Translations under genes and position numbers: made by a program
In this document: positions 11,173 to 23,895 of the stretch, one piece after another
Position numbering within the stretch: position 1 is the first letter of the stretch
Layout: each line of letters starts with the position of its first letter
DNA from: Octopus bimaculoides
Taxonomy: Eukaryota
NCBI RefSeq assembly: GCF_001194135.2
Contig: NC_068999.1
Location: forward strand, 4,106,644 to 4,170,643
Direction: 5' to 3'
Length of the DNA stretch: 64,000 nucleotides
Notes under the pieces: generated by a model
What the model saw: the letters and a program-made list of their open reading frames with translations, nothing else
What the model was told of the DNA's origin: nothing
The model's database searches: none

Positions 11173-11710
11173 GTCAGTGGTCAATATTCTTTGAGCAGAA
11201 GAAGTTTCGTGAGTGGTCTCTGTGTGTGCGCGTGCACTGAAGAGGTATTGGGTTTTTGGCATGTCTTGAAAAATAATAATAATAATAATAATAATAATTT
11301 CTAAATTTGGCACAGGGAAGGCAATATTGATACTGTTTATTTCCAGTCTTCTGTGAAAAACATATCTAGCCATGGGGAAATGTTACCTTAATTAAAAACA
11401 GGTGAGGCTTAATGACAGGGAGGGCATCCAGCCATAGAAATCTTTCTCAATTAATCCCACCTGACCCCTGCAAAAGTGGATGGCAAAACAATGGAAATCA
11501 ATGGCTGGCTGGCTAAATAGACAGATGGACAGACGAACGGACGGATGCAGTTCAGTAATCAGCAGCCAACAAACTTAGTCGCTCCAGCTCAGTAGCAAAA
11601 TGTTTGCTTTTGTTCCATTTTGATACCTTGTTTTGTTACATCCTTCCTGATCTTCCCATTGCAATCAAATTCACTCGACTGTTGCTATTTTATACCAAAT
11701 ACACTTCACT

Positions 11711-12078
11711 CTTTTACTCTTTTACTTGTTTTAGTCATTTGACTGCGGCCGTGCTGGAGCACTGCCTTTATTCGAGCAAATCGGCCCCAGGACTTATTTT
11801 TTGTAAGCCTAGTACTTTATTCTATCGGTCCCTTTTGCCGAACCGCTAAGCTACGGGAACGTAAAGACACCAGCATCGGTTGTCAAGCAATGTTGGGGGG
11901 ACAAACACATATATATATACGACGGGCTTCTTTCAGTTTCCATCTACCAAATCCACTCACAAGGCTTTGGTCAGCCCGAAGCTTTAGTAGAAGACATTTG
12001 CCCAAGGTGCCATGCAGTGGGACTGAACATGGAACCATGTGGCTGGTAAGCAAGCTACTTACCATACAGCCACTCCTG
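11711..12078 (-). mobile_element. Full-length SINE family A, antisense
   Basis: Reverse complement aligns end to end with 4462-4844. Confidence 0.9.
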
Positions 12079-12315
12079 TTTACAATTCATGTTGAAAATT
12101 ATTTACCATTCCTTTGCTTTGTTTTTGTTTTTTGTGGTGGGCCAGGTGAGATTGTCACACTTAATTGATTCTAGCCTCTCTGTTAGTGACCACACTCAAT
12201 TACTTCTCTTTCTGTATTGACCACATTTATTTAAACACCTTTCAGTTATGAAATGTCTGTTTTTTGTTCCATTCTGATCCTTTAGTTTACCCTATTCTTC
12301 CTTTGTATTCTACAG

Positions 12316-12426
12316 AAACCCCAACCTGGAGAGAATCCTTTGGCCATGGCAGAAAACATTAACATTGTATGGCCAGGCAACACACACAAACAACCAGAAG
12401 GACTGAGGAAAACCACCCACTTAAAG
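12316..12426 (+). CDS. GRIN1: GluN1 coding exon 7 (KPQPGEN...IVWPGN...TTHLK), ATD-S1 linker
   Basis: tattctacAG acceptor, GTCAGT donor; IVWPG...PEG...THLK motif; 111 nt, phase 0/0. Confidence 0.94.
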
Positions 12427-13157
12427 GTCAGTTTGCCGTAACATGGCCAATGTCCATTTTTTCTTGTTTAGGGACTTTAAGACCCAAAATATCAGAATAT
12501 GAAGCTAAATGTTCAAGGCTTCATTTGCCCCATTTTTATTTGAATGATGATTGATGATTGATGCCTAAAGTTGGTATGTCATGAGTTACTTCCCTTGATA
12601 AGTAAATTGTATCCTAGTAATTACCTCCCTTACTTTATGCTGTATTTCAACAATCATCAGTTTTTATTTGTTCGCCGCACTAATCGCACTCAGCATATAA
12701 TTACAATAATTATTATTCTTGTTGTGGTTGTTATTGTTTCTTTATCGATCAAATAGTAACGATGATTTCTGATTTAAATGAAAGAAAATCACACAACATT
12801 AGTGACCGGTATATTCTTATTTTAATCAACCCTCAAAAGATGCGTCTCTAATATAAATAGTAATAATAATAATAATAATCCTTTCTACCATAGGCACAAG
12901 GCCTAAAATTTGTGGGGAGGGGCTAAATCGATCACATCGAACCCGGTACATGACTGGTACTTATTTTATCGACCTTGAAAGGATGAAGGGCAAAGTCGAC
13001 CTCGGCGGAATTTGAACTCAGAACATAACGATGGGCGAAATACCGTTAAGCATTTNNNNNNNNNNNNNNNNNNNNNNNNNNNNNNNNNNNNNNNNNNNNN
13101 NNNNNNNNNNNNNNNNNNNNNNNNNNNNNNNNNNNNNNNNNNNNNNNNNNNNNNNNN

Positions 13158-13231
<74 letters not shown>

Positions 13232-13459
13232 TGATAATGATAATAATAATAATTGTGATAATAATAATGATAATAATGGTTTCAAATTTTGGCACAAGGC
13301 CAGCAATTTTGGAGAAGGGGATAAGTCGATTACATCAGCCCTAATGCACAGCTGGTACTTATTTCATTAACCCATAAAAGATGAAAGGCAAAATCAATTT
13401 CAGTAGCATCCGGACTCAGAATGTAAAGACAGACATTCTGTTAGCTCATCACCTTAATC

Positions 13460-13493
<34 letters not shown>

Positions 13494-13633
13494 TAATAAT
13501 AATTATAACAAGACTTCAGGTGTGATTCCTAATCTACAGAAGTCCCAGAGGCAGCCACCAAAATAGCAAAATATGTCGTTGACGTTGTTCTTATTGCTGT
13601 TGTCTTCAAACGTTGTTGTTTCCATTGGTTCAG

Positions 13634-13739
13634 GTTGTCACCATCCAAGAAGAACCATTCATTAAGAAGAGACCGATTCCTAAAGGTGAAGCCTGCGACT
13701 CAGAGGAGGTCTTTTGCCCACATACTGACAAATCAACAG
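13634..13739 (+). CDS. GRIN1: GluN1 coding exon 8 (VVTIQEEPFI...CDSEEVFCPH), S1
   Basis: ttcAG acceptor, GTGAGG donor; VTIxEEPF motif and loop-1 cysteines; 106 nt, phase 0/1. Confidence 0.94.
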
Positions 13740-14005
13740 GTGAGGAACCCAGTGAAGCCTAACTGTGTGTGTGTGTGCGTGATAGAGCAACTTTTAATAA
13801 TCACTGGTTGATGGCATTTTAGTCTTTGGTCTACACAAGAAGGATAAAATGGCAGTACTTAGCGCCTGTTTCTGCTTCAAATCCTCCTGGGTTTTCTCTC
13901 TTTTACTTTCTCTCTTGGCACCAATTTTTTTTGTAAATGTAAAATTTTTTTTCATTTAGTGTCTACTTTTCTGCATGTGAAACATCTAGACATGAAAAAT
14001 ATGAC

Positions 14006-14036
<31 letters not shown>

Positions 14037-14100
14037 ATCTGTGTCTATCTCTCTCTCTCTCTCTCTCTCTTATTCTCTCACTCTCTCTCTCTCTCTCTCT

Positions 14101-14158
<58 letters not shown>

Positions 14159-14389
14159 CTCTCTCTCTCTCTCTCTCTCTTTCTATCATGAACACACATG
14201 TGAACATCTTCACTCCCTTCTAGACCTACCATGTCTCTCCTTCCCTCCCATAAGGTCAGTGTATGCCTGTAGTGTGATCCCATTTTCTTCATTTTGTTTA
14301 TGTCTCCCCTTCCAAGTTATGACCATGCAACACTATTCCATTGTAGACATCATCACCATCATCACCATCATCATCACCATCATCATCAT

Positions 14390-14446
<57 letters not shown>

Positions 14447-14803
14447 CTTCCTCACCATCATCTTCCTCACCATCATCTTCATCACAATCATAGCTTTAAC
14501 ATCCCTTTTTTTCACAGCTGATACTTAATTTATTCTCCTCTCCTTCTCTATCTTGTTCCACCCTTTGTTTCTATATGTCACATGTTAGGGAATCAATTCA
14601 GGGGTCATGACCTTAACTTAGAGGTCATAGAACAATCCATACTTTATTTTAAATTTCAATCACCAGGTTTCCAATCTTGTTGCATGTCACCCTAACCAAC
14701 CATAACCAGTTATGTCTATATTAAACTAATTAAATACAACGTGTTAATCAAATATAATATATACATTAATTAAATGTGTGCTGTTGTTTATTCTTTTCTG
14801 CAG

Positions 14804-14928
14804 GTAACCTCACAGAATACTGCTGTAAAGGTTATTGTATAGATTTACTGAAGAACCTTTCAACCCGGGTCAACTTCACATTCGAATTACACTTAAGTTC
14901 AGAAAATACTTATGGATCTTTTGAAAGA
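14804..14928 (+). CDS. GRIN1: GluN1 coding exon 9 (NLTEYCCKGYCIDLL...TYGSFER), S1
   Basis: ttttctgcAG acceptor, GTAGGT donor; CCxGYCIDLL motif; 125 nt, phase 1/0. Confidence 0.96.
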
Positions 14929-14958
14929 GTAGGTCCACAATTTCTTTTCATCTTCTAT

Positions 14959-15024
<66 letters not shown>

Positions 15025-15123
15025 GACAAGGGCTGATCTGAAAGGTAAAGAGGTGGTGAGGGGGGAATATATTTTGTCAAATGCACAGCAATTAGAACAT
15101 TCTTATTTACAAAATCTGTCTGC

Positions 15124-15365
15124 AGGTGAGCGTGGCTTGGTGGTTAGGGGCGTTGGACTCATGATCGTAAGATTGCGGTTTCGATTCCTGGACCAGGCAA
15201 CACGTTGTGTTCTTGAGCAAAACACTTCATTTCACATTGCACCAGTCCACTCAGCTGGCAACAATGAGTAAACATTGCACAGACAGGTGTCCCGTCCAGG
15301 TGGGGAATTTATACGTCATGTAACAAGGAAACCGGCCCTTATTAGTCTAGCATGACTTGAGAAGG
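15124..15365 (+). mobile_element. SINE family C (tRNA head + CORE-like ttgagcaaaacacttcatttcacattgcaccagtccactcagctg)
   Basis: Pol III A/B-box-like head; core shared with 23595-23895 and 43586-43870. Confidence 0.85.
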
Positions 15366-15464
15366 TAACCATTACCTTTATTTTTGTTAATCTGTCTATT
15401 TATCTCTCTCTCTCCTCTCTCTGCTTCAGTCCCACTTCCTGGTACCTTGGGAAAGTGTCTTACA

Positions 15465-15798
15465 GTAAAAGAAAACTGGTATTCCATTACTTACGACAAC
15501 GAGGGTTCCAGTTGATACAATTAACGGAACAGCTTGCTCGTGAGATTAACGTGCAAGTGGCTGAGCACTCCACAGACACGCTTACCGCTTGACATACTTC
15601 TCAGGAAGATTCAGCGTGACACAGAGTGACAAGGTTGGCCCCCTTGAAATACAGGTACTACTCATTTTGGTCAGCTGAGTGGCCTGGAGCAACGTGAAAT
15701 AAAGTGTCTTGCTCAAAGACACACGGTGCTGCTGGGAATCGATCTCACAACCCTACGATCGCGAGCCGAATACCCTAACCCCTAATCCATGCTCCTTC
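15465..15798 (-). mobile_element. SINE family D (CORE-like head, distinct tail)
   Basis: Reverse complement starts gaaggagcatggattaggggttagggtattcggctc...ttgagcaagacactttatttcacgttgctccagg. Confidence 0.85.
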
Positions 15799-16534
15799 GC
15801 ATGTCTTATAGTATAGCCCCAGGCAAACTACTGCCTGGTAGGTGAATTTGGTCAATGGAAACCATGGGCAAACCCATTGCGTGTGTGTGTGTATCTTTGT
15901 GTTTATCGTCACCCAAATAGCCGTTGTTGGATTGTTTACGTCCCTATAACGTGGAAGTTCAGCAAAATATAGGACCGCTTTACAAGGAGGGGAAAAAAGT
16001 TCCCAGCTTCACAAGTTACTGGTTTCAAAGATGACTTTGGAATATTTTAGTAAAAGCTTCTGTTGTGAAACTCCCTCTCATCTGAGTGACAACGAGTTGT
16101 TTCCCTTGGATCTACACTCAGAAAATTCCATTCTCAAGAAATACCTAAGAATAATCTTTTCTACTGAAAGCACAAAGGCCTCAAATTTGTGGGGAGGGGG
16201 ACTTAATTTATCGATCTCAAAAGGATGAAAGGAAAAAATTAACCTCGGCGGAATTTGAACTCAGAACGTAGCAACAGGCAAAATGCTGCTATGCAATTCG
16301 TCCAGCGTGCTAACGATTCTGCCAGCTCACCACCAAATACCTAAGAATTACATAAGGACTTAGCGAGGGGGTTCTCTACACAGTCTTCCTAAATGCTAGA
16401 AATAGCAGCCAAATCTCCCTCAAACTGCACTTTTCCAGCTTAATAAAAGAAGGATACATTAGGAAATGTAGCCTTTGGTATATAACATCTGAATAAAAGA
16501 CATGGTAGTCATAGCTGGAGGGCGTTTGGCCAAC

Positions 16535-16583
<49 letters not shown>

Positions 16584-18784
16584 NNNNNNNNNNNNNNNNN
16601 NNNNNNNNNNNNNNNNNNNNNNNNNNNNNNNNNNNNNNNNNNNNNNNNNNNNNNNNNNNNNNNNNNNNNNNNNNNNNNNNNNNNNNNNNNNNNNNNNNNN
16701 NNNNNNNNNNNNNNNNNNNNNNNNNNNNNNNNNNNNNNNNNNNNNNNNNNNNNNNNNNNNNNNNNNNNNNNNNNNNNNNNNNNNNNNNNNNNNNNNNNNN
16801 NNNNNNNNNNNNNNNNNNNNNNNNNNNNNNNNNNNNNNNNNNNNNNNNNNNNNNNNNNNNNNNNNNNNNNNNNNNNNNNNNNNNNNNNNNNNNNNNNNNN
16901 NNNNNNNNNNNNNNNNNNNNNNNNNNNNNNNNNNNNNNNNNNNNNNNNNNNNNNNNNNNNNNNNNNNNNNNNNNNNNNNNNNNNNNNNNNNNNNNNNNNN
17001 NNNNNNNNNNNNNNNNNNNNNNNNNNNNNNNNNNNNNNNNNNNNNNNNNNNNNNNNNNNNNNNNNNNNNNNNNNNNNNNNNNNNNNNNNNNNNNNNNNNN
17101 NNNNNNNNNNNNNNNNNNNNNNNNNNNNNNNNNNNNNNNNNNNNNNNNNNNNNNNNNNNNNNNNNNNNNNNNNNNNNNNNNNNNNNNNNNNNNNNNNNNN
17201 NNNNNNNNNNNNNNNNNNNNNNNNNNNNNNNNNNNNNNNNNNNNNNNNNNNNNNNNNNNNNNNNNNNNNNNNNNNNNNNNNNNNNNNNNNNNNNNNNNNN
17301 NNNNNNNNNNNNNNNNNNNNNNNNNNNNNNNNNNNNNNNNNNNNNNNNNNNNNNNNNNNNNNNNNNNNNNNNNNNNNNNNNNNNNNNNNNNNNNNNNNNN
17401 NNNNNNNNNNNNNNNNNNNNNNNNNNNNNNNNNNNNNNNNNNNNNGGGCCTTTTCTTACCCAAAGCATTGTTATTATTATTAAGGGGGTTGCCTGGCTGT
17501 GGTATCCTATTCTATCACTGAGGTGTCTAATTATATACACAACATTCACCTGATTTATTATAACAGGTCCTTATATTGAAATAAGTCCACAAATTGTGCG
17601 AAGGCTTGGAAAAAAGGGCTGAGTGATGTATTTAGTTCAGGGTTCCCCAAAGGATGGGCCCTTTAAAAAAAATTATAAGGGTTTTGAAAGATAAAATCTT
17701 CATTGTCATCATCATCATTTTAACGTCCATTTTTCCATGTTTGCATGGGTTTGACTGAATTCTTTGAGGCAACATTTTTGGGGTCGGATACCCTTCCTGT
17801 CACCAACCCTCACCTATTTCTGAGCAAGGCGAGATTTTCCCATGGCCAGACATGTTTTTATGAAGGACAGGAAATAAAGGACACCACTTGTATGAGGGTG
17901 ATACTCGTTTACAACTTACCCTTATGTCAAAGCAAAAAGACACACACATACATGTGTGTATGTGTGTATTTATACATATATATTACATTTATATGTGTGT
18001 GTGTGTGTGTGTATTTATATGTATATTTAGATAGATAGATAGATAGACAGATAGATAGATCATCATTTAGCATCCATTTTCCATGCTGGCATAGGTTAGA
18101 TGGTTTGACAGGAGTTGGTCAGCTGAAGAGCTGCCCAGGTTCCATGTCTGTTATGGCATGGTTTCTACAGCCAGATGCCCTTCCTAATGCCAACCACTTT
18201 ACAGAGATAAATTTATATGTATATATATATATATATNNNNNNNNNNNNNNNNNNNNNNNNNNNNNNNNNNNNNNNNNNNNNNNNNNNNNNNNNNNNNNNN
18301 NNNNNNNNNNNNNNNNNNNNNNNNNNNNNNNNNNNNNNNNNNNNNNNNNNNNNNNNNNNNNNNNNNNNNNNNNNNNNNNNNNNNNNNNNNNNNNNNNNNN
18401 NNNNNNNNNNNNNNNNNNNNNNNNNNNNNNNNNNNNNNNNNNNNNNNNNNNNNNNNNNNNNNNNNNNNNNNNNNNNNNNNNNNNNNNNNNNNNNNNNNNN
18501 NNNNNNNNNNNNNNNNNNNNNNNNNNNNNNNNNNNNNNNNNNNNNNNNNNNNNNNNNNNNNNNNNNNNNNNNNNNNNNNGAAACTTTACACTTTAGAAAC
18601 AAAAGTTAAAAATTATTATTGTTGTTGTTGTTGTTGTTATTCCCTGTTTTGCAAAGACATTCCAGAAACTCCACCCTAATGTATATGCCGTGCTTTAATC
18701 TACGCACCATGCGTACATGGTTTATACGCAATATATAGTCTACATGCTACACATAATCAGCACACCCAGAACCTGCATCCGTTC

Positions 18785-18828
18785 CCTTTGACTGCACACC
18801 TTTGACTGCACACCTTTGACTGCACACC
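18785..18828. repeat. 14-bp tandem repeat (cctttgactgcaca)x3
   Basis: Directly visible. Confidence 0.9.
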
Positions 18829-19970
18829 ATTGTTGCTGACATTGTCAATAATCAACAAATTCAAGAAATGACAACAAAATCTCTCTCTCTCTGCTGTTGC
18901 AAAACATAACCACAGGCATTGGGTTTGTTGTTGCATAGCAACAGTGCTTTTGGTAGGACAACAACAAAGAAAGGTAGACAGACTGACAGGCCAACTGATA
19001 GACGAACAGACAGATAGGCAGGCAGGCAAGCAGGCAGACAGTATTCTTTTCTACTCTGGGCACAAGGCCTGAAATTTTGGGTGAGGGGGCCAGTTGATTA
19101 GATCAACCCCAGTATGCAACTGGTACTTAATTTATTGACCCTGAAAGGATGAAAGACAAAGTCGACCTCAGCAGGATTTGAACTCAGAACGTAAAGACAA
19201 ATGAAATATCACTTAGCATTTCACCCAGTGTGGTAATGTTCCTGCCAGCTAACCACCTCGGGTAGACAATATTGGGAGTTCATCGACGCACCTCTAACAC
19301 AACACCATTTTGGTACCAACCATTTCTCTTTGACAGACTATCTTTTGTCTTTCTTTATCAGTTTCACACAATCTAGGCTGCTTCAAACCATCTTAACTCT
19401 TTAGTATTTAAACTGGTCACATTCAGTTCAAACATCTGTTTTGTGTTCAATCCAGCCTGATCTGGCCTCTCACACCTACCCTACAATGTCATTCTAAAAA
19501 TAAACAATCACATCTTTGAAATCTCAAAGCAGATCATGCATGATTGATTGAAAACAATGTGAGGTTAAGCATGGTTGATTGAAAACAATGTAAGGTCATG
19601 CATGATTGATGCATGTGCTGACATGAATGTGCATGTGTGTGTGTGTGTGCTTACGTGTGCTGTCCTGGATGTGTGTGTGTGTCTTTTTGTGTTTACCATT
19701 TTAAAGCAAAGGACTGAGTTATATTTTTTTCCATCAAAAAATGAACTTAACCATTTAATAACTAGAGATCAATAAATCAATACAACACTGGCATTGTCAT
19801 GATTGACTGAAATCCCTTGAAGCTGATGCCCCAGCATGGCCACATTTCAATTACTAAAACCATAAAATAATCCTATATTGCACTTCTGAATGTTCTTTGG
19901 CATTTGTTCTTGTTGTCGTTATACATGGTGCTACCCCCTCAATATATTGTGTCCTTTTTTTTTTTTTCAG

Positions 19971-20135
19971 AGAAATGGTTCCTCTGATAAGAAGTGGAAT
20001 GGTATGATAGGGGAGATGGTGTCTGGAGAAGCAGATATGATCATGGCACCCCTCACTATTAACCCAGAGAGAGCTCAACACATAGATTTTTCAAAGCCTT
20101 TCAAATATCAAGGCCTCACCATTCTAGTAAAAAAG
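19971..20135 (+). CDS. GRIN1: GluN1 coding exon 10 ([15 protein letters not shown]...[10 protein letters not shown]...[16 protein letters not shown]), S1
   Basis: Long T tract + cAG, GTAAGA donor; glycine-binding P-L-T and Arg of APLTINPER; 165 nt, phase 0/0. Confidence 0.98.
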
Positions 20136-21927
20136 GTAAGAGAACGGTTTGTCTGAGAGAGAGAATTGTTTCCTGGGAGTCTAAATTTATTTATTTATTT
20201 ATGCACCCTTCTAAAGCCTAGCCAAGCTCATGGGCCCGGTTTCTATGGCGTATGTGTTCCCCCCAGGATGACTGATGACTTGTGTGGTGACTTTGTTTAA
20301 CATGAATAAAGAGTTGTGCACTGTCAACCCTACTTTCTTGTCCATGACGACCTTTAGTCCAGTGGCAAGACCAGGTTAAGATGGCTAGGGATGGAGACGG
20401 TTGACCAAGATGTCTTACTAGCCTCATCTCGCTCTTTGCACCCTACAATGCATTGCTGCAGCTTATTTCTCCTCCATTGAGACATGAAGAGTTCTTCCAC
20501 AGAGTCAACCCCAATCCAGTGTTCACAGTTAGAGTTAGGCTTGTAAATGCCCTTCAGATCCATTATAGGTTGTCAACCAGCTGTAAAAGGGCTTATCTCA
20601 AGGCTGTATTATTGTTGTCACTTCTAAGGAATATCTTGGAAACAGTTTTGGAGTTAGTCCTTTAGATTAGTGTATCCTAAATTGAGGTCCATATAAAAAT
20701 TGCCTGGTTGCACATGGAAAGGTATCATCGTCATTTAACGTCCGCTTCCCATACTGACATAAAGTTTTAATTTGGATCACATTGAAGCAGGAAGTTTGTG
20801 ACACAGAAGCAGGACCAGCTTAAGGCTGGTTGGTGGAGAGGTATGAAGATCAAAACTCCTCGTTTCTTCCTGGGGTCTTTAAATTTGACACTTCATGCTT
20901 CAGTGATTAATTCTTTCTTTCTCTTTGCTGATGGAAGGAAAAAATTTAAAACACACAACAAAAACATGAGAGAGAAAAGTCTTATCGTGACTTTTTATAA
21001 ATGGAAGAACTACCCTCGGAAACATAAAAGTTGTGTGTGTGTGTGGTGTGAGGGTGAGGTAGGAGGTTACATCCCTTCACTCGAGGATGAAGTCATCCAG
21101 AAAATTTCCTCCTCCTCCTCCTCTCTAGTTTTTCTGTGAGAAACTCATGAAGATTGGGAAGAACTTTGTAGGAAAAGTTTGTTTTTTGTTTTTTTTGTTT
21201 ATGTAAAAACCGCTTCCCTTGCATTTCACTGGGTCAGGGCTGCAGTTGGTGGTGGCGGTGGGGCAGGAAGGGCAGCGTTCCCAGCTCAAGGGTACACAAC
21301 GCTGGGGTGGGGGGTGGCGGGTTTGAGAATCTGGAAATATTTTTTTTGCAGGATGGGACTTTAAGGAGTGGTTTAAGGGTACTTACTCTCATGTGAAAGA
21401 AAGAGAGACGGATGTAGTTGTTATTGTTTAACCCCAGGTCAACCAGTATCAAATGACATTCCGTCCTGTGACAATCCCATCATATTTGTTTTCCTAGACA
21501 CAGTGTACCTAGGACTATATTATGTAATGTGTTTCAGGATGTTTTTTTTTGTTTGTTTTCTAAAGATAGAAGGGTGTGATTTGAGATAAAGTTGGCTGCT
21601 ATTTCTAGCTGGAAGAGTGACCATATTGTGAAGGGGAAAGGAGTATGGGTGTTTGTGTGAGAGAAAGGGAGAAGGGTGGTAGTATGATGATACAAGGAGG
21701 GGGAGGAGAGAGAATGAGTAGGAGTAGAAACCATTTGCGACACCATCTGGTGTCACATTGAGGTGTCACACTAGGGCTACACAATGTGGAGACACACTGC
21801 AGTGCCACCCTGAGATACCACATTAAGGCGCCACCTTGTTGTGCCATACTGAAACCTCACCCTGTAGTGCCTCAATGTTTATTCCAGTCTGTTTGGTTAC
21901 ATTTTCCTTCTTTGTTTATGTTTTCAG

Positions 21928-22162
21928 ACAAGAAAAGACTCGAGTTTGGCGTCATTCCTGCAACCATTTCAAGACACGTTATGGATCTTAGTAGGATTGT
22001 CAGTGCATGTCGTGGCACTGGTTCTCTATCTCCTAGACAGGTTCAGCCCATTTGGCCGATTCAAACTGGCCAAAAGTGATGACACGGAGGAAGATGCTTT
22101 GAATCTGTCCAGTGCCATGTGGTTTGCTTGGGGTGTTTTACTCAACAGTGGAATTGGAGAAG
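21928..22162 (+). CDS. GRIN1: GluN1 coding exon 11: M1 and M2 pore loop (SLASFLQPF...[14 protein letters not shown])
   Basis: ttttcAG acceptor, GTAACG donor; [10 protein letters not shown] with Asn at the N (Mg2+-block) site, diagnostic of NR1; 235 nt, phase 0/1. Confidence 0.98.
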
Positions 22163-22199
22163 GTAACGACGGCACCAGCGGCGGCAGCAGCTGATGGCT

Positions 22200-22270
22200 T
22201 TTTATTATCAATCATTAATACTGTCATCAGTATTATCTTTCTTGTCATTGTCATCACCATTCTTCTCACT

Positions 22271-22315
<45 letters not shown>

Positions 22316-22490
22316 GTCATTGTTATCTTTAATGTTATCATCATCGTTTTGTTTATCAGCATTGATATTTGCATCACCATCATTATCATCTGAAGCATCA
22401 CCATCATCATCATTGTCTTCTTCATCTTCATCCTTATCACCATTATTGATCCCTGCCATCATCACCATCACCATCATCAATATTATTGTT
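22200..22490. repeat. Imperfect (TCA)n array downstream of exon 11
   Basis: Directly visible; similar arrays at 2395-2458, 14345-14480, 24995-25200, 30735-30845. Confidence 0.9.
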
Positions 22491-23098
22491 GTAGTCTCAC
22501 CCTGATATTCAATAAACTCTTTCTCTGACCAAGGAAGTCACTTGGTGGTTACCTCACCTGCTAGAAATAATACCCAGATCTCCCTCAAAATCACCCCCTA
22601 CTATCCAGAATATACATATACACACAACTATACATATGTGTGTGTGTGTGTGTATCTATCTATATATTTATAGATTTATAGCTAGATGGATGGATGGATG
22701 GATGGATGGGTAGACAAACAGACAGATGGATAGATATAACACACGTATAAATACATATATATGAGTGTGTGTATAAAGAATTATTTTTTACTCTAAAACA
22801 AATTTGCTACAATTATAACCCCAAGAGAGAACATGTGGTTCTAACAAATAAAGAATTGTGATTCTGACCTAGTTGGGTTTCACCAACTTCGGTAGCATCA
22901 GAACCACACATGTTCTTTTAATCATGATGTTTATTCTTTAGTCAATATCCCAAATATATCATGTGGTCTTGGAATGGTTCTTTGCCAATTAGTGTGAAAG
23001 TAAAATTAGTACAGCAGATCAGATAATTTCTATTAAATTCTGACTGTCAAACACAAAATTGCTTTTGTAGAAGGATATAAATATATATATATATATAT

Positions 23099-23145
<47 letters not shown>

Positions 23146-23594
23146 ATTATTTTTTAATCAAAGCTGAAGGAGACTACAAATCCAAAGAGGATTCTATGCC
23201 AGTTAAAAATAGCTGTGGAACAAAATATTTGTATTCTACAGATTTGATATTTTAGCCAAAAACTCTCCAAATTAATGAGAGCATACATACATACATACAT
23301 ACATACATACATACATACATACATACATACATGCATGCATATACACATCATCATCGTCATCGTTTAATACCCACCTTCCATGCTGGCATGGGTTGAACAG
23401 TTTGACAGGAGCTGGTCAAGCAGAAGACTACACCAGGCTTCTGTGTCCATTTTGGTATGGTTTTTACAGCTGGATGTCCTTCCCAACATCAACCACCCCA
23501 TATAGTCATGGCTTGGACCACACCATTCCCAGCTGATGCAATGGTGTGGTCCAACCCATGCCAGCATGGAAAGCCCACACACATATACACCTGT

Positions 23595-23895
23595 GAAGGC
23601 ACATGGCTTAGTGGTTAGGGTGTTGTACTCACGATTGTGAGATCGTGGGTTCAATTCCCAGGCCAGGCATTGCATTGTGTTCTTGAGCAAAACACTTCAT
23701 TTCACGTTGCTCTGTGATCATTTTGTCATCTGACATGTGGCACCTGTTGCACCTGTACAGATAGTGTCAATTTGATGGAGGGAGTGAGCTTATGTCTACA
23801 CAAACATTTGGTCACTATAAACAAATCATCTGTGTGGCTGTTCGGTAAGAAACTGCCAAACTCCCATACATCATCTAATGACGGGAGAGTCCATC
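23595..23895 (+). mobile_element. SINE family C variant
   Basis: gaaggcacatggcttagtggttagggtg head and CORE-like segment. Confidence 0.8.

Noticed and set aside
16459-17549. Long 330-346 aa ORFs, and similar ones at 36517-37508, 40265-40887 and 44275-45162
   Set aside because: They run through N gaps (16584-17445, 36683-37328, 40451-40783, 44512-45106) and (TA)n; assembly artefacts.
21430-22610. Inverted family-F fragments flanking the pore-loop exon as a possible editing duplex
   Set aside because: The overlap is only about 40 nt and poorly matched; unlikely to form a stable duplex.
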